Below, one piece after another: positions 13,336 through 27,400 of a stretch of 64,000 nt of DNA (position 1 is its first letter; each line of letters begins with the position of its first letter). Origin of the DNA: Eledone cirrhosa (Eukaryota). Below the pieces are notes generated by a model. It had not been told where the DNA came from and made no database searches. It saw nothing but the letters and a program-made list of their open reading frames with translations. The stretch covers positions 69,316,001 to 69,380,000 of the forward strand of contig OZ024742.1 of NCBI GenBank assembly GCA_964016885.1, in the 5' to 3' direction. Made by a program: the position numbers and the translations under genes.

Positions 13336-16300
13336 TTGAATTAGTATGGTATAGACAAGTACATATGTTGTTGAGGTGTATAATATTGTCAATACTCTGA
13401 TATGCCCAGTTCCTTGTTGGGTTGTTATTTCACTGAGGAACTGGAGTCATATGAATTCAAACAAACGAATTTCAGTGTCAAAGGTCCTCTTCTCCTCTCA
13501 TTGGTCAGTTATTAGAACATTCCTCATTCTAAGTGTTGTTATTGCTGGAGTTAGCTTACAAAATTGATAAAATGGTAGAAGGGACAAGGTGTTAAAGGAA
13601 CAAAATAACAAAAAAAGTGTGAAACTTCCCATTGGTCAGTTTTGAGAGCATTCCTCAGTCAGAAGTCTATAGAATTCTTTCTGGGGTGAGGCCCCCTGTA
13701 GTGTTTTTGCCTGCTATTGTTCAGTACATTTGACCTCTACCATTATTTTGGTAGTGTTGTTGGTGTTGTGGTCAGCTTATATCTTGCTGCTGCTAACAAT
13801 TTAGAAGTATCCAGTGTGTTTTTTTCTTCATCCCTCCTGCCACCATCATAGTGGTGGTGGCGGTGAGGGGGGGGGGGTTCTTCCATGTATGTGAAGAAAT
13901 ATAAGGCAATAAATGAAGAAAACAGAAAATAAATATATAATATAATAAAATAATTAATATAATTTGTATAATTTGAAAATAAATAAATAAATAGAGAATA
14001 AAGAATGAAGAATAAATGAAAAATTGGTGAAAAAGTAATGAAAATGAATATGGAGAAGTGAGAAATAATGTAGGATAAAGTGTGTGTGTGTGTGTGCTAT
14101 AACCAATCTCAAGGTCAGAATATGTTGGATAGATTGGTATGAGACAAGATGTTAAGATGAGATAATCAAACTAAATGTGTTTGTGTTATAATCAATCTCA
14201 ACTTAAAAATAAATATAAGGTGATACAGTGAAGAGGGCAGAAAACAAAAACAAATTAATAAAGAGAAATCAAGATTTAAAATTGGAAATCAGAAATCTAG
14301 TAAATTAAAAAGTGTCTGTGTTATATAGATGTTGGCCAAATTATAATGGCTGTGTCCGATTCTATCTCTAGGCTATCATGGTGTCTGCTCAGCCTGGGTT
14401 GTTCCCTATGGCTTGAGGGGAGTTCACAACCTAGGGTGTTGTTACTGCCCATATAGCTTGAGGGAGGTCTGGCTGAGAGGTGTTTTCATGTTCTGTAGAA
14501 GTCCCTATAGCTTGAGGGAAGTTCACATCTTTTTGTGTTGCTACTGTCCGGGGCGGACAACGACCACCCCACAAATTCGGGCCGCGAAGATAACAAAAAG
14601 CATAGAGCCCAAAGGGGAAGCAACAGTGCGGTAACAACCAGCAACCCAACAAATCTCCAACAAATCACGAAGCCCCCGACCCATACGTATAGGAGGAGAC
14701 ACCGAAAAATCACGTGGAACAACCCACCCTACTCAACGGCCCTAAAGAAAAGCTTGGCCCGATTATTCTTTGGAGCACTTGATAAATGCTTCCCGAGGGA
14801 CCACAGATACCGCAGGATCTTCAACAGACACACTGTGAAGCTTTCGTATACCACCACGAGATATTTGGCCCAACACATAGCTAGCATCAACAGAAGTAGG
14901 CTTAAAAACCACACACAACCAGAAGATGGCAATACAAACACTCAGCAGAACCATGTGAAAGGAGGGAAGGGGGGACCCAGAGCCCACCCAAGAAACCCAA
15001 ACATTCCCGAGGACCCCCACCGAGCCTGGGGGAAGACCAACATGTAACACATAACGGGAACCCTAATCTAGGTACGCAGAGGCCAACCCCCCTCTGCAAC
15101 TGCAGAAACCCCGAATCATGCCCCCTTGGTAATGAATGCCTCAGGAAGAACCTAGTGTACGGTTGTAGGGTTAAAACCCCAACTCCGAACACCTCTACAT
15201 AGGAGCCACATCAACGAGCTTTAAAGACCGCTGGTACAACCATCGCCATTCATTCAAGAAGGAGGCCAAAAGGAAAAGCACAGCTCTCTCCGACCTGATC
15301 TGGAAGCTTAAGCTAGACAGGACCCCATACTCTCTGGCCTGGTACATAATCAGGAAAGTACCACCCGATAAAGCGGGATCTTGCATATGTAAACTATGCC
15401 TGAACGAGACCCTCGAGATACTAAGAGGTGGAAGCGGCCTGATAAACCTCAGAACCGACTTCTTAGGGACATGCAGATAACTTAGAGCCGGGACCTTTCT
15501 CAAGATATATGGACAGTAGCAACACAAGAAGATGTGAACTCCCCTCAAGCTATAGGGACTTCTACAGAACATGAAAACACCTCTCGGTCAGACCTCCCTC
15601 AAGCTATATGGGCAGTAACAACACCCTAGGTTGTGAACTCCCCTCAAGCCATAGGGAACAACCCAGGCTGAGCAGACACCATGATAGCCTAGAGATAGAA
15701 TCGGACACAGCCATTATAATTTGGCCAACATCTATATAACACAAACACTTTTTAATTTACTAGATTTCTGATTTCCAAGTTCCAATTTTAAATCTTGATT
15801 TCTCTTTATTAATTTGTTATTTATTTTCTGCCCTCTTCACTGTATCACCTTATATTTATTTTTAAGTTGAGATTGATTATAACACAAACACATTTAGTTT
15901 GATTATCTCATCTTAACATCTTGTCTCATACCAATCTATCCAACATATTCTGACCTTGAGATTGGTTATAGCACACACACACACACTTTATCCTACATTA
16001 TTTCTCACTTCTCCATATTCATTTTCATTACTTTTTCACCAATTTTTCATTTATTCTTCATTCTTTATTCTCTATTTATTTATTTATTTTCAAATTATAC
16101 AAATTATATTAATTATTTTATTATATTATTTATTTATTTTCTGTTTTCTTCATTTATTGCCTTATATTTCTTATATACATGGAAGTAACCCCCCCACCAC
16201 CACCACCACTATGATGGTGGCAGGAGGGATGAAGAAAAACACACACTGGATACTTCTAAATTGTTAGCAGCAGCAAGATATAAGCTGACCACAACACCAA

Positions 16301-16726
16301 CAACACTACCAAAATAATGGTAGAGGTCAAATGTACTGAACAATAGCAGGCAAAAACACTACAGGGAGCCTCACCCCAGAAGGAATTCTATAGACTTCTG
16401 ACTGAGGAATGGTCTCAAAACTGACCAATGGGAAGTTTCACACTTTTTTTTTGTTATTTTGTTCCTTTAACACCTTGTCCATTCTACCATTTTATCAATT
16501 TTGTAAGCTAACTCCAACAATAACAACACTTAGAATGAGGAATGTTCTAATAACTGACCAATGAAAGGAGAAGAGGACCTTTGACACTGTAATTCGTTTG
16601 TTTGAATTCATATGACTCCAGTTCCTCAGTGAAATAACAACCCAACAAGGAACTGGGCATATCAGAGTATTGACAATATTATACACCTCAACAACATATG
16701 TACTTGTCTATACCATACTAATTCAA

Positions 16727-16781
16727 ACTGCCTGAAGAGGTCACAGCCAAAGATGGCTGTCACTGAAATATATATAGCAGT
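16727..16781 (+). ncRNA. Family C hammerhead
   Basis: ACTGC-CTGAAGA-GGTcACAGCC-aaagat-GGCTGTcACT-GAAA-TATATATA-GCAGT. Stem I ACTGC/GCAGT is perfect. Predicted cleavage after AUA. Confidence 0.85.
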
Positions 16782-16885
16782 AATAAACGAAGCTAAATTT
16801 TAATCATTTGACTTTTATTTAACTTTATTTTATATACATATACATATATATATATAATCTGTATATATATATATAAATATATATG

Positions 16886-16922
<37 letters not shown>

Positions 16923-17003
16923 GTATATATGTATATATATATATGTATATATATATGTATATATATATGTATATATATATATATGTATATGTATATGTAT
17001 ATG

Positions 17004-17140
<137 letters not shown>

Positions 17141-17197
17141 GTATATATGTATATATATATATGTATATATGTATATATATATATGTATATATGTATA

Positions 17198-17300
<103 letters not shown>

Positions 17301-17322
17301 TTATATGTATATCTGTATATAT

Positions 17323-17384
<62 letters not shown>

Positions 17385-17405
17385 GTATATATGTATATAT
17401 ATGTA

Positions 17406-17442
<37 letters not shown>

Positions 17443-17486
17443 GTATATATATATTTATATATGATATGTATATATATGTATATATG

Positions 17487-17517
<31 letters not shown>

Positions 17518-17520
17518 GTA

Positions 17521-17566
<46 letters not shown>

Positions 17567-17582
17567 AATATATGTATATATG

Positions 17583-17659
<77 letters not shown>

Positions 17660-17934
17660 ATATATGTATATATGTATATATATATATGTATTTATTCATA
17701 TATATATATGTATTTATGTATATATATATGTATATATGTATATATGTATATATATATATGTATACATATATATATGTATATATATATATGTATATATGTA
17801 TATATATATATATGTATATATGTATATATGTATATATATATATGTATATATATATATGTATATATATATGTATATATATATATTTATATATATATATGTA
17901 TATATATATGTATATATATATGTATATATATATG

Positions 17935-17967
<33 letters not shown>

Positions 17968-18017
17968 GTGTATATACCATATTAAACAAATGGAAACTAT
18001 ATTTATAAAACCATATT

Positions 18018-18083
18018 TATTTCATTATACATATTTCAGGGCTACCATATTAAAAATATGGCATGCCTTCGTCAGATAAAATA
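18018..18083 (-). ncRNA. Family B hammerhead (second pLTR copy at 21852-21917)
   Basis: Reverse complement ttttat-CTGACGA-AGGc...cCCT-GAAA-TATGTATA-atgaaa. Confidence 0.7.
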
Positions 18084-19765
18084 CTATAAACAGTTTTATA
18101 AATAATTTTGACGTACCATATTATAAGCGACCATTAAATTAGGAAGCTGTCTGGGTAGTGATTTGTTTATAAATATTTAGTTATAGTGTTAAGCACAGTT
18201 AGAAAAAAGACGGAGAGAAAGAAGAAACGGAGGCAAAGAAAAAACAGAGAAATAGAGGGGAGAGAAAGAAAGGAGGAGGTGAAAAGGAACAAGGAAGAAA
18301 TAAGAGAGGCAAACGAAAGCAACAGATAAATAATAATTGACCATCCATATAGAAAAACTCAAGAGAGAGGGAGTAGTATATATAGAGAGAAGGATAATAA
18401 TTATTTAGTTATAGTGTTAAGCACAGTTAGAAAAAAGACGGAGAGAAAGAAAAAACTGGAGATACAGAAAAAAATGGAGAGAGAGAGGGGGAGGAAAGGG
18501 AGAGAGAGAGAAAATATAAATATATAGGAGGAAGTGAAAGAGAAACAAGAGAGAAATAGGAGAGGCAAACGAAAGCGATAGATACATAATAATTCATCAT
18601 GCACAAAGAGAGAGGAGAAAGTGCTATATAGAGAGAGAAGAGCTATATAGAGAGAGGGGAGAAAGTGCTATATAGAGAGAGAAGGATACAGTTACATCTT
18701 TACGTCATGTCATATCAATTTGAATTATCAATTCATATGAAATGGATAATAAGAATGCAAATATCAATATTCATGAATGAGACATAGATATATAATATGA
18801 GAAAATAACATTGTTCAATAATGACCATATGTTTAGTTTAAAACTCTGAGGTCAATATACCAAAATCTGAGATAAAACCTTCAAAAAATTACCCTATTTA
18901 TAAAAATACGGAAATATATATGTATATATATATACACGTATATGTACTTTCTGAAAAAAGAAAAAAGAGAAAATTATGTCTAACTCTAGTCAATAATATA
19001 GACATACACATGACTTCACCTGATCAACTTTATAATTTCTTGTGTCATAGAAAAAGTTTCTTGTGTTATAAAAATTTCATTGTATATATACATAAATATA
19101 CGATTAATATTCATGTTCTCGCATATATGATTACCGTTTATGTATTTAATATTATGCATATCTGTAACATATGCAAAACCATACCTATATATATATATAT
19201 ATGTATATATAAAATCTGCGTGAGTTTTCCAGCATCTCTACGCACACATACAGACACATGAACACATAAAATAAACTCTATAAACCTTCTATATGCATGT
19301 TAATACACATATGGCATTTGTATAGAGATAATCAAATATCAATATATCAGCACAGAAACATAAAAACATTAAAATACTTTCAACACATTATAGAGTATCT
19401 CAGGCCAAAAACAACATGTTTCATATATTTACTACAGAAATGTACCCTTCCCATATTTCAAACAATATATTGCAAAGTTAGTTATAAGCTATCAGAGTCA
19501 AATAACAAATAAAAACCAAAAATTATTTAACAAAAATTATTTAAAAGATTTAAAAGACCCAGTGATTCTAGGGATGCCCTTATATTTAGTACAGAAATTT
19601 ATCTTGCGTAAAATTTATTTAATACATTGGGAGCAAATACACCTTAGAGTAGTTTATTACATCTTTGTTTATATTTGGGAAGAAGGTTTAGAAAGAAAAA
19701 GGTGAAGGAATCAAATGATATATCGTCAGGTTTCATATATTAACTAAATTTCTTAATTAATTATA

Positions 19766-21670
19766 CTACATTTTAAATTTATATTTATATTTAAACGTTG
19801 AGTTCAATCTATGTCTGCAGCATTGCTCCTTAAATTAAGGGAAATTTTGGACTTTAATATAAAGAATACCTCCTCCACACAGAGATCACATGTCTCTGAT
19901 GAGGAATTAAAGGGAATTCCCTTTGAGACAATATTCCAAAACATCGAATACTCAACATTATCTCGTTTAAGTTGCCAGAGTAGGCTTGATAGCGAAGTTG
20001 AGGATTTTTTGTTTGGATCTGTGAAAGAATTCTTATGATTATCGAAGCGAAGTTTAAATTCTGTCGAGGTGGAACCAACATAGTTAAAAGAATTTAAGTT
20101 AGTTTTAACATTACAATTGTATACTACATTTTTAACTAAGCAATTGTTATTTAACGGACAGTTAGATTTATTTCTAGTTACAGTTATTTAATTGAATATT
20201 GTTTGGGTTATTATTGGTATTTTGGTTAGTTTGCTTATTATTATCGATGTACATAATTTTATCACTATATCCTGCTCTGGCTAACGCTTCATTGTAATAC
20301 TGCGCTTTTTCATCAAAAATATTTTTATTAGATGAAATTCTTGAAATTCGCTCTTGAACAGAGTTCACTATAGTGTTTTTAGCAGATCTGGGGTGATTAG
20401 AGTTAAAATTGACATAATTCAAGTTCTCATTTAGTTTGTGAAATGGATAGTGAAGACATGTGTTGAGATTTAGTGTTACATCCAGGAAATTGACTATTCT
20501 ATGGTTATTCTCTATTTCTATTTTTAGATTAAGGTAATTAAAAAATTGTATAATTTGTTTTCTTTTTCTATTTAGTTCACAGTTATTGTTTTCAATAAGT
20601 AAAAGCATGTCATCACGATATAATCCTCCGGTTACACCTGGTATTTTTCTATGCAGCGAATTAATTATAAATAGGCCCACAAGATCCGTTACCTGAGCTG
20701 AGTCAGATGATCCCATAATTATGTCAAAATTATTATCTCTATCTGCCCTAGTCCATAGCTGGTTATTAAATTCTATCAATGTTTTCCTTGCCGATAATAT
20801 AATGTGCATTTCATTGCTAGTTACGTCAGTATGTTTAAATGCGTAATTTAGTGCCTTATTCAGTAGATTAGGAGTGATAGATGAATAGTAGTTAGCAATA
20901 TCAAGTTGAATAAACTTATTATTATAGTTATATTTAATTTATTTAAACCACTCAATAACCTCACCAGTCCCCTTCCATAACTTTAAGTAAGGTAAATTAT
21001 GTAAGTTTTTAATTTACTGTATTACCCTGTCTAGAATGATTTTGCTAAGTTTTCCCAGGTCAGACTTTGATGGTGCAATCAATCTGACTGGCAAATCATT
21101 TTCAAAATTTCTTTTGTGATCTTTCATATTGATCTTGGGTTTCCTAGGCACGAAGGGTTGTGTTTTATTCTCAATGTCTAATTCATGCATTATACAAGAT
21201 GCCTCTGTATTCATTTTTTCCAGTTCGTCCTTACTTGCTACCTTGTACTTTTTCCTTAGTTCTTTCAATATAAGGCCGTTATACATGTCCTTTTGTACTC
21301 CATAAAGGTTATTGGTTTTGTCCGATTTCACTAAGATCTCTGTTTTTTCCAAGCCTACAATATTATCCTTAATGCTTCTTAGATAGTCCTGGCCTTTGAA
21401 GTTTCTCTTGAATTTGATTCATTGGATGATAGAAATTATATCGTTTTTAAAATCCATTAATAGTTTGTTGGGGGGTGGATTTTTTTTGGATTTGAAAATT
21501 TTATACAAATCTGAAACATTTTCATTGAGATTAGATTTATCAAAGTGGAAGGCACGCCACCTGATTCTTCTTATAAAAGAGTCTGATTTTTCTATTAATT
21601 GTTTAATAAAGTCTTTGTTCCTAGGTAGAGGTATGTCTTTTAGAGAAGAAGATATCTTAAAGAATTCCAT
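19766..21670 (-). pseudogene. Family B (Hydra-like) PLE RT-endonuclease, disrupted and internally deleted
   Basis: SSLKDIP...RRIRWRAFHF, KSDKTNN, MGSSDSAQVTDLVG, GGLYRDD, FLDVTL, SNHP, YVGST...KYKFKM*. Stops present. Deletion between two ctaaccaaaata microhomologies. Confidence 0.9.
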
Positions 21671-22314
21671 TTTTTCAGTTATAATATAAAGCGCTCAACA
21701 ATATTGGAGCAAAAATATATGCAAAGGTTTTATTTAAAATTGTTGGGTTACAACAAGTAAATATTTTATAACTGATATAAAGCACTCGACAAGTTTTTGG
21801 AGTATATATACGATATTAAAGAAATGGAAACTATATTTATAAAACCATATTTATTTCATTATACATATTTCAGGGATACCATATTAAAAATATGGCATTC
21901 CTTCGTCAGATAAAATACAATATATAAACAGTTTTATAAATAATTTTGACGTACCATATTATAAGCGACCATTAAATTAGGAAGCTGTCTGGGTAGTGAT
22001 TTGTTTATAAATATTTAGTTATAGAGTTAAGCACAGTTAGAAAAAAGACGGAGAGAAAGAAGAAACGGAGGCAAAGAAAAAACAGAGAAATAGAAGGGAG
22101 AGAAAGAAAGGAGGAGGTGAAAAGGAACGAGGAAGAAATAAGAGAGGCAAACGAAAGCAACAGATAAATAATAATTCACCATCCATATAGAAAAACTCAA
22201 GAGAGAGGGAGTACTATATAGAGAGAGAGGGATAATAATTATTTAGTTATAGTGTTAAGCACAGTTAGAAAAAAGACGGAGAGAAAGAAAAAAACTGGAG
22301 ATACAGAAAAAATG

Positions 22315-22351
<37 letters not shown>

Positions 22352-22389
22352 ATAAAAATATGTATAAAAATATATGTATATATATATAA

Positions 22390-23549
22390 TTAATACAATA
22401 ACAGAGATAGTTTAAAGCTAATCTCTGACTGGTAACCATCTCACTCAACAAACATTAGGTTATATTTTAATATAAACCCAATTTAAGTGTTTGGGTGCTA
22501 ACAATATGTATTATGTGGAAAAGTCAGTTGTATTATTTTATGAGATATAATTAAAGTTAAAATATATCTCTCTTTCCAAACAATTGTTTCATTATAACTT
22601 TTCTACAAATTCGGAGAATATTTCCATTTTATGTAGAAGCCTAATATACATTCATGTATTTAGGTGGGCGTTTATAAATCATCAGTGGAAGCCCAATAAA
22701 CTTTGATATAAGAAAAACATTTCTTACCACAGTTAAAAATCGTGTCCGTTAAGTTGCTCCTTCCCTCATCGAATGACAGGCAAATTTGAAATTCCAGCAG
22801 TTTTTGACTGAGGAAGTATTATAGCGTCACTAAGCGGGAAGGGGAGACAACTACGATCCACGAAAGGAGGAAAAAAAATAATATACACGCGGGTTAATCA
22901 ATTTTTTCGAAAACATTATCAATCCAACGTGTTAAGAACTCAATTGAAATTAAAAAAATAAATATATGCGTGTATAAATTACACACGCATATAGATATTT
23001 TCTTAGGCTAAAACCAGAGGTTGTACCTGAATAAGAAACCGCATCTCGTAACCGTAGTAAATGCGGAAAGTTATGCTTTAAAGGGCAAATGGGAATGTAA
23101 ATCTCCGGCCGAATTAAGAGTAAAACATAAAACACACGCGGGTTAATTAGTTATTTCAAAACTAATATCAATTCCTCGTGTAAAGAACTCAATTAATAAA
23201 AAAAAATAAATGCATGCATGTAATTATATACATAGGCATATATATATTTTCTTAGGCTAAAAAACAGAGAAGTTACAACCAATAAAAACCACAATATCGC
23301 ACAACAGTAATAAATACGGAAAGTCAAATTTATAAGGTACCTGGAAATAAACACCTCTGGTCAATCAAGAGTAAAATATTAATACAATAACAGAGATAGT
23401 TTAAAGCTAATCTCTGACTGGTAACCATCTTACTCAACAAACATTAGGTTATATTTTAATATAAACCCAATTTAAGTGTTTAGGGTGCTAACAATATGTA
23501 TTATGTGGAAAAGGCAGTTGTATTATTTTATGAGATATAATTAAAGTTA
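22390..23549. mobile_element. Non-coding element with ~170-bp direct terminal repeats and an internal ~250-bp tandem duplication
   Basis: 22390-22558 repeats at ~23378-23549. The anchor acacgcgggttaat occurs at ~22885 and ~23134. TA on both sides. Confidence 0.7.
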
Positions 23550-23619
<70 letters not shown>

Positions 23620-23693
23620 GTATATATACATATATATACATATATACATATATATATATACATATATACATATATATATATATACATATATAC

Positions 23694-23759
<66 letters not shown>

Positions 23760-23791
23760 AGAACAAGAGATGGTTAAAAGAGTTCGATGTA

Positions 23792-23858
23792 TTTTATTAT
23801 GCGCATTTCAAAAACAAATATCATCATGCAATAATATTTGTGTTTTCATCAGATAAAA
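23792..23858 (-). ncRNA. Hammerhead in a ~155-bp orphan insert (family J)
   Basis: Reverse complement TTTTAT-CTGATGA-AAAcACAAATAT...ATATTTGTtTTT-GAAA-TGCGCA-TA-ATAAAA. Stem I is perfect and stem III is palindromic. Confidence 0.8.
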
Positions 23859-23925
23859 CAGGAAGACATGATATGAAGGTTAAAAAAAACTGTGGATAGT
23901 TCAGTTTTATATACACATATATATG

Positions 23926-23980
<55 letters not shown>

Positions 23981-24243
23981 ATATATATGTATATATGTAT
24001 ATATATATGTATATATGTATATATGTATATATGTATATATGTATATATGTATATGCATATATGTATATATATATATATGTATATATGTATATATATATAT
24101 GTATATATGTATATATATATATGTATATGTATATATGTATATATATATATATGTATATGTATATATGTATATATATATATATATGTATATGTATATATGT
24201 ATATATATATTTATATATGTATATATGTATATATATTATATAT

Positions 24244-24303
<60 letters not shown>

Positions 24304-24350
24304 GTATATACGATTATAATAAATGGAAATTTTATTTATAAAACCATATT

Positions 24351-24415
24351 TATTTCATTATACATATTTCAGGGATACCAAATTAAAATATGGTATGCCT
24401 TCATCAGACAAAATA
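24351..24415 (-). ncRNA. Family B hammerhead
   Basis: Reverse complement TATTTTGT-CTGATGA-AGGcATACCA..TGGTATcCCT-GAAA-TATGTATA-ATGAAATA. Confidence 0.8.
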
Positions 24416-27400
24416 CAATATATAAACAGTTTTATAAATAATTTTGACGTACCCTATTAGATGCGACCATTATTTTTGGAAGCTGTCTGGATAGTGAGAT
24501 GTTTATAATTATTTTATTAGTTATAGTGTTAAGCACAGTTAGAAAAAAAGACGGAAATAAAGCGGAGAGAGAGAAGGAGAGAGAAAAAGAAGGATAGAGA
24601 GGAAAGGAATGTATGCAGAAAAGAAAGATATATATAAATAGATAGGAGGAAATGGAAAAGAAAGAAATGAGAAAGACAAAAGAAAGCAATAGAGAAATAA
24701 TAATTCATCATACAGATAGAGAAACTCAAGAGAGAGGAAGTACTATATAGAGAGAGGAGGATATAGTGACAACCTTACGTCATGTCATATTAAGTTGAAT
24801 TAACAATTCATATGAAATGAATAATAAAAATGTAAATATCAATATTCATGAATGAGACAGATATATAATATGAGAAAGTAACATTGTTCAATATTGACCA
24901 TATGTTTAGTTTAAACCTTGAGGTCAATATACCAAAATCTGAGTTAAAACCTTCAAAAAATACCCTATTTATAAAAGTACGGATACACATATGTATATAT
25001 ATATATACACGTATATGTACGTCCTGAAAAAAGAGAAAATTATGTCTACTCCAGTCAATAATATAGACATACAAATGATTTCACTTGATCACTTCTATAC
25101 ATTTCTTGTGTTATAAAAATTTCACAGTATATATACATAAAAATACGATTAATATTCATGTCCTCACATATTTGATTACCGTTCATCTATTTAATATTAT
25201 GCATATCTGCAACACACATCAACATATACACACACAACCATACATACACATACATATGTATAAATAAATATCTGCGTGAGTTTTCCAGCATCGTTATGCA
25301 TATATACAGACATATATACGAACACATAAATAAACTCTATAAACCTTTTATATGCATGTTCATACACACAAATGGCCTTTGTATAGAGATAATCAAATAT
25401 CAATATCTTAATACAGAATTATCAAAGCAGTAAATATCTTTAACACACTATAGAGTATCTCAAGTTAAAATAATATGTTTTATATATTTATTATAGAAAT
25501 CCAACCTACCTATATCTCAAACAAGATATTGCAAGGGTAGACATATGAAAGTTATTAGAAGCTATCAGAGTCAAAAATCAAATAAAAAAAATAAAAAAAT
25601 AAAAATAATTTAAAAGATTTAGAAGACCCAGTGATTCTACGGATGCCCTTATATTTAGTATAGAAATTTATCTTACGTAAATTTTATTTAATACATTGGG
25701 AGCATATACATTTTAGAGTAGTTTATTATATCCTTGTTTATATTTAGGAAGAAAGTTTAAAAAGAAAAAGGTGAAGGAATCTAATGATTTATCGTCAGGT
25801 TTCATGTATTAACTAAATTTCTTAATTAATTATACTACATTTTAAATTTATATTTATATTTAAACGTTGAGTTCAATCTATGTCTGCAGCAACTGAATAA
25901 ATTGCTCCTTAAATTAAGGGAATTTTTTGACTTTAATATAAATAATATAGCTTCTATACAAAGATCACAACTCTCTGATGAGGAATTAAAAGGAATACCT
26001 TTTGAGACAATATTCCAAATCATCGAATATTTAACATTATCTCGTTTAAGGTGCCAGAGTAGGCTAGATAGCGAAGTTGAGGATTTTTTGTTTGGATCTG
26101 TGAAAGAATTCTTATGATTATTGAAGCGAAGTTTAAATTCTGTCGAGGTGGAACCAACATAGTTGAAAGAATTTAAATTAGTTTTAACATTACAATTGTA
26201 CACTACATTTTTAGCTAAGCAGTTGTTATTTAACGGACAGTTAGATTTATTTCTACAGTTACAGTTATTTAATTGAATATTGTTTGGGTTATTATTGGTA
26301 TTTTGGTTAGGTTTTAAATTCCTATTATTAATTCTGTTAATATTTTGTGCCAAATTTTTGGTGGATGAATAAATTAATTTTATAGTGTGTCTATTAAAAA
26401 TTGAGTGATATTTATGTGTTCTAGGGAAGCGTTTGTCAAGAGCATTAAAGAATAGTTTTAATATTTAGTGAGAAAGGGGGGGGGACGGGGGGCAAACCAT
26501 AATATATTTCTAGTTCTATTTCTTTTTCGGCTTTTGGAATTATTGTAATGTTTTCTATTATAGTTGTTAAAGTTGTTACCGTAATTAAAATTGTTATTAT
26601 TTTGGTTAGTTTGCTTATTATTATCGATGTATTTAATGTTATCTCTATATCCTGCTCTAGCTAAAGCTTCATTGTAATACTGCGCTTTTTCATCAAAAAT
26701 ATTTTTATTAGATGAAATTCTTGAAATTCGTTCTTGAACAGAGTTCACTATAGTATTTTTAACAGATCTGGGGGTGATTAGAGTTAAAATTGACATAATT
26801 CAAGTTCTCATTTAGTTTGTGAAATGGATAGTGAAGACGTTGAGATTTAGTGTTACATCCAGAAAATTGACTATTCTATGGTTATAAGAAGGCATCAAAT
26901 TCAAGAGAAACTTCAAAGGCCAGTACTATTTAAGATGCATTAAGGATAATATTGAAAGCTTGGAAAAAACAGAGAAGATCTTAGTGAAATCGGACAAAAC
27001 TAATAACCTTTATGGAGTGCAAAAGGACATGTATAACGGCCTTATATTGAAAGAAGTAAGGAAAAAGTACAAGGTAGCAAGTAAGGACGAACTGGAAAAA
27101 ATGAATACAGAGGCATCTTGTATAATGCATGAATTAGACATTGAGAATAAAACACAGCCCTTCATGCCTAGGAAACCCAAGATCAATATGAAAGATCACA
27201 AAAGAAACTTTGAAAATGATTTGCCAGTCAGATTGATTGCACCATCAAAGTCTGACCTGGGAAAACTTAGCAAAATCATTCTAGACAGGGTAATACAACA
27301 AATTAAAAACTTACATAATTTACCTTACTTAAAGTTATGGAAGGGGACTGGTGAGGTTATTGAGTGGTTTAAATAAATTAAATATATCTATAATAATAAG

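Larger units (their letters stand above)
13131..16832 (+). mobile_element. PLE family C copy 1 (Hydra-like endonuclease), fold-back
   Basis: + strand 14546-16832 carries ITWNNPPY...FNRHTVKLSY, CNCRNPESCPLGNEC and CICKLCLNE...LINLR. 13230-14545 is an inverted copy of 15515-16832. Confidence 0.9.
17976..22312 (-). mobile_element. PLE family B copy 1, pLTR-ORF-pLTR
   Basis: Direct repeats ~17976-18475 and ~21810-22312 flank a long 3' UTR and a disrupted minus-strand ORF (21670 to 19766). Confidence 0.92.
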
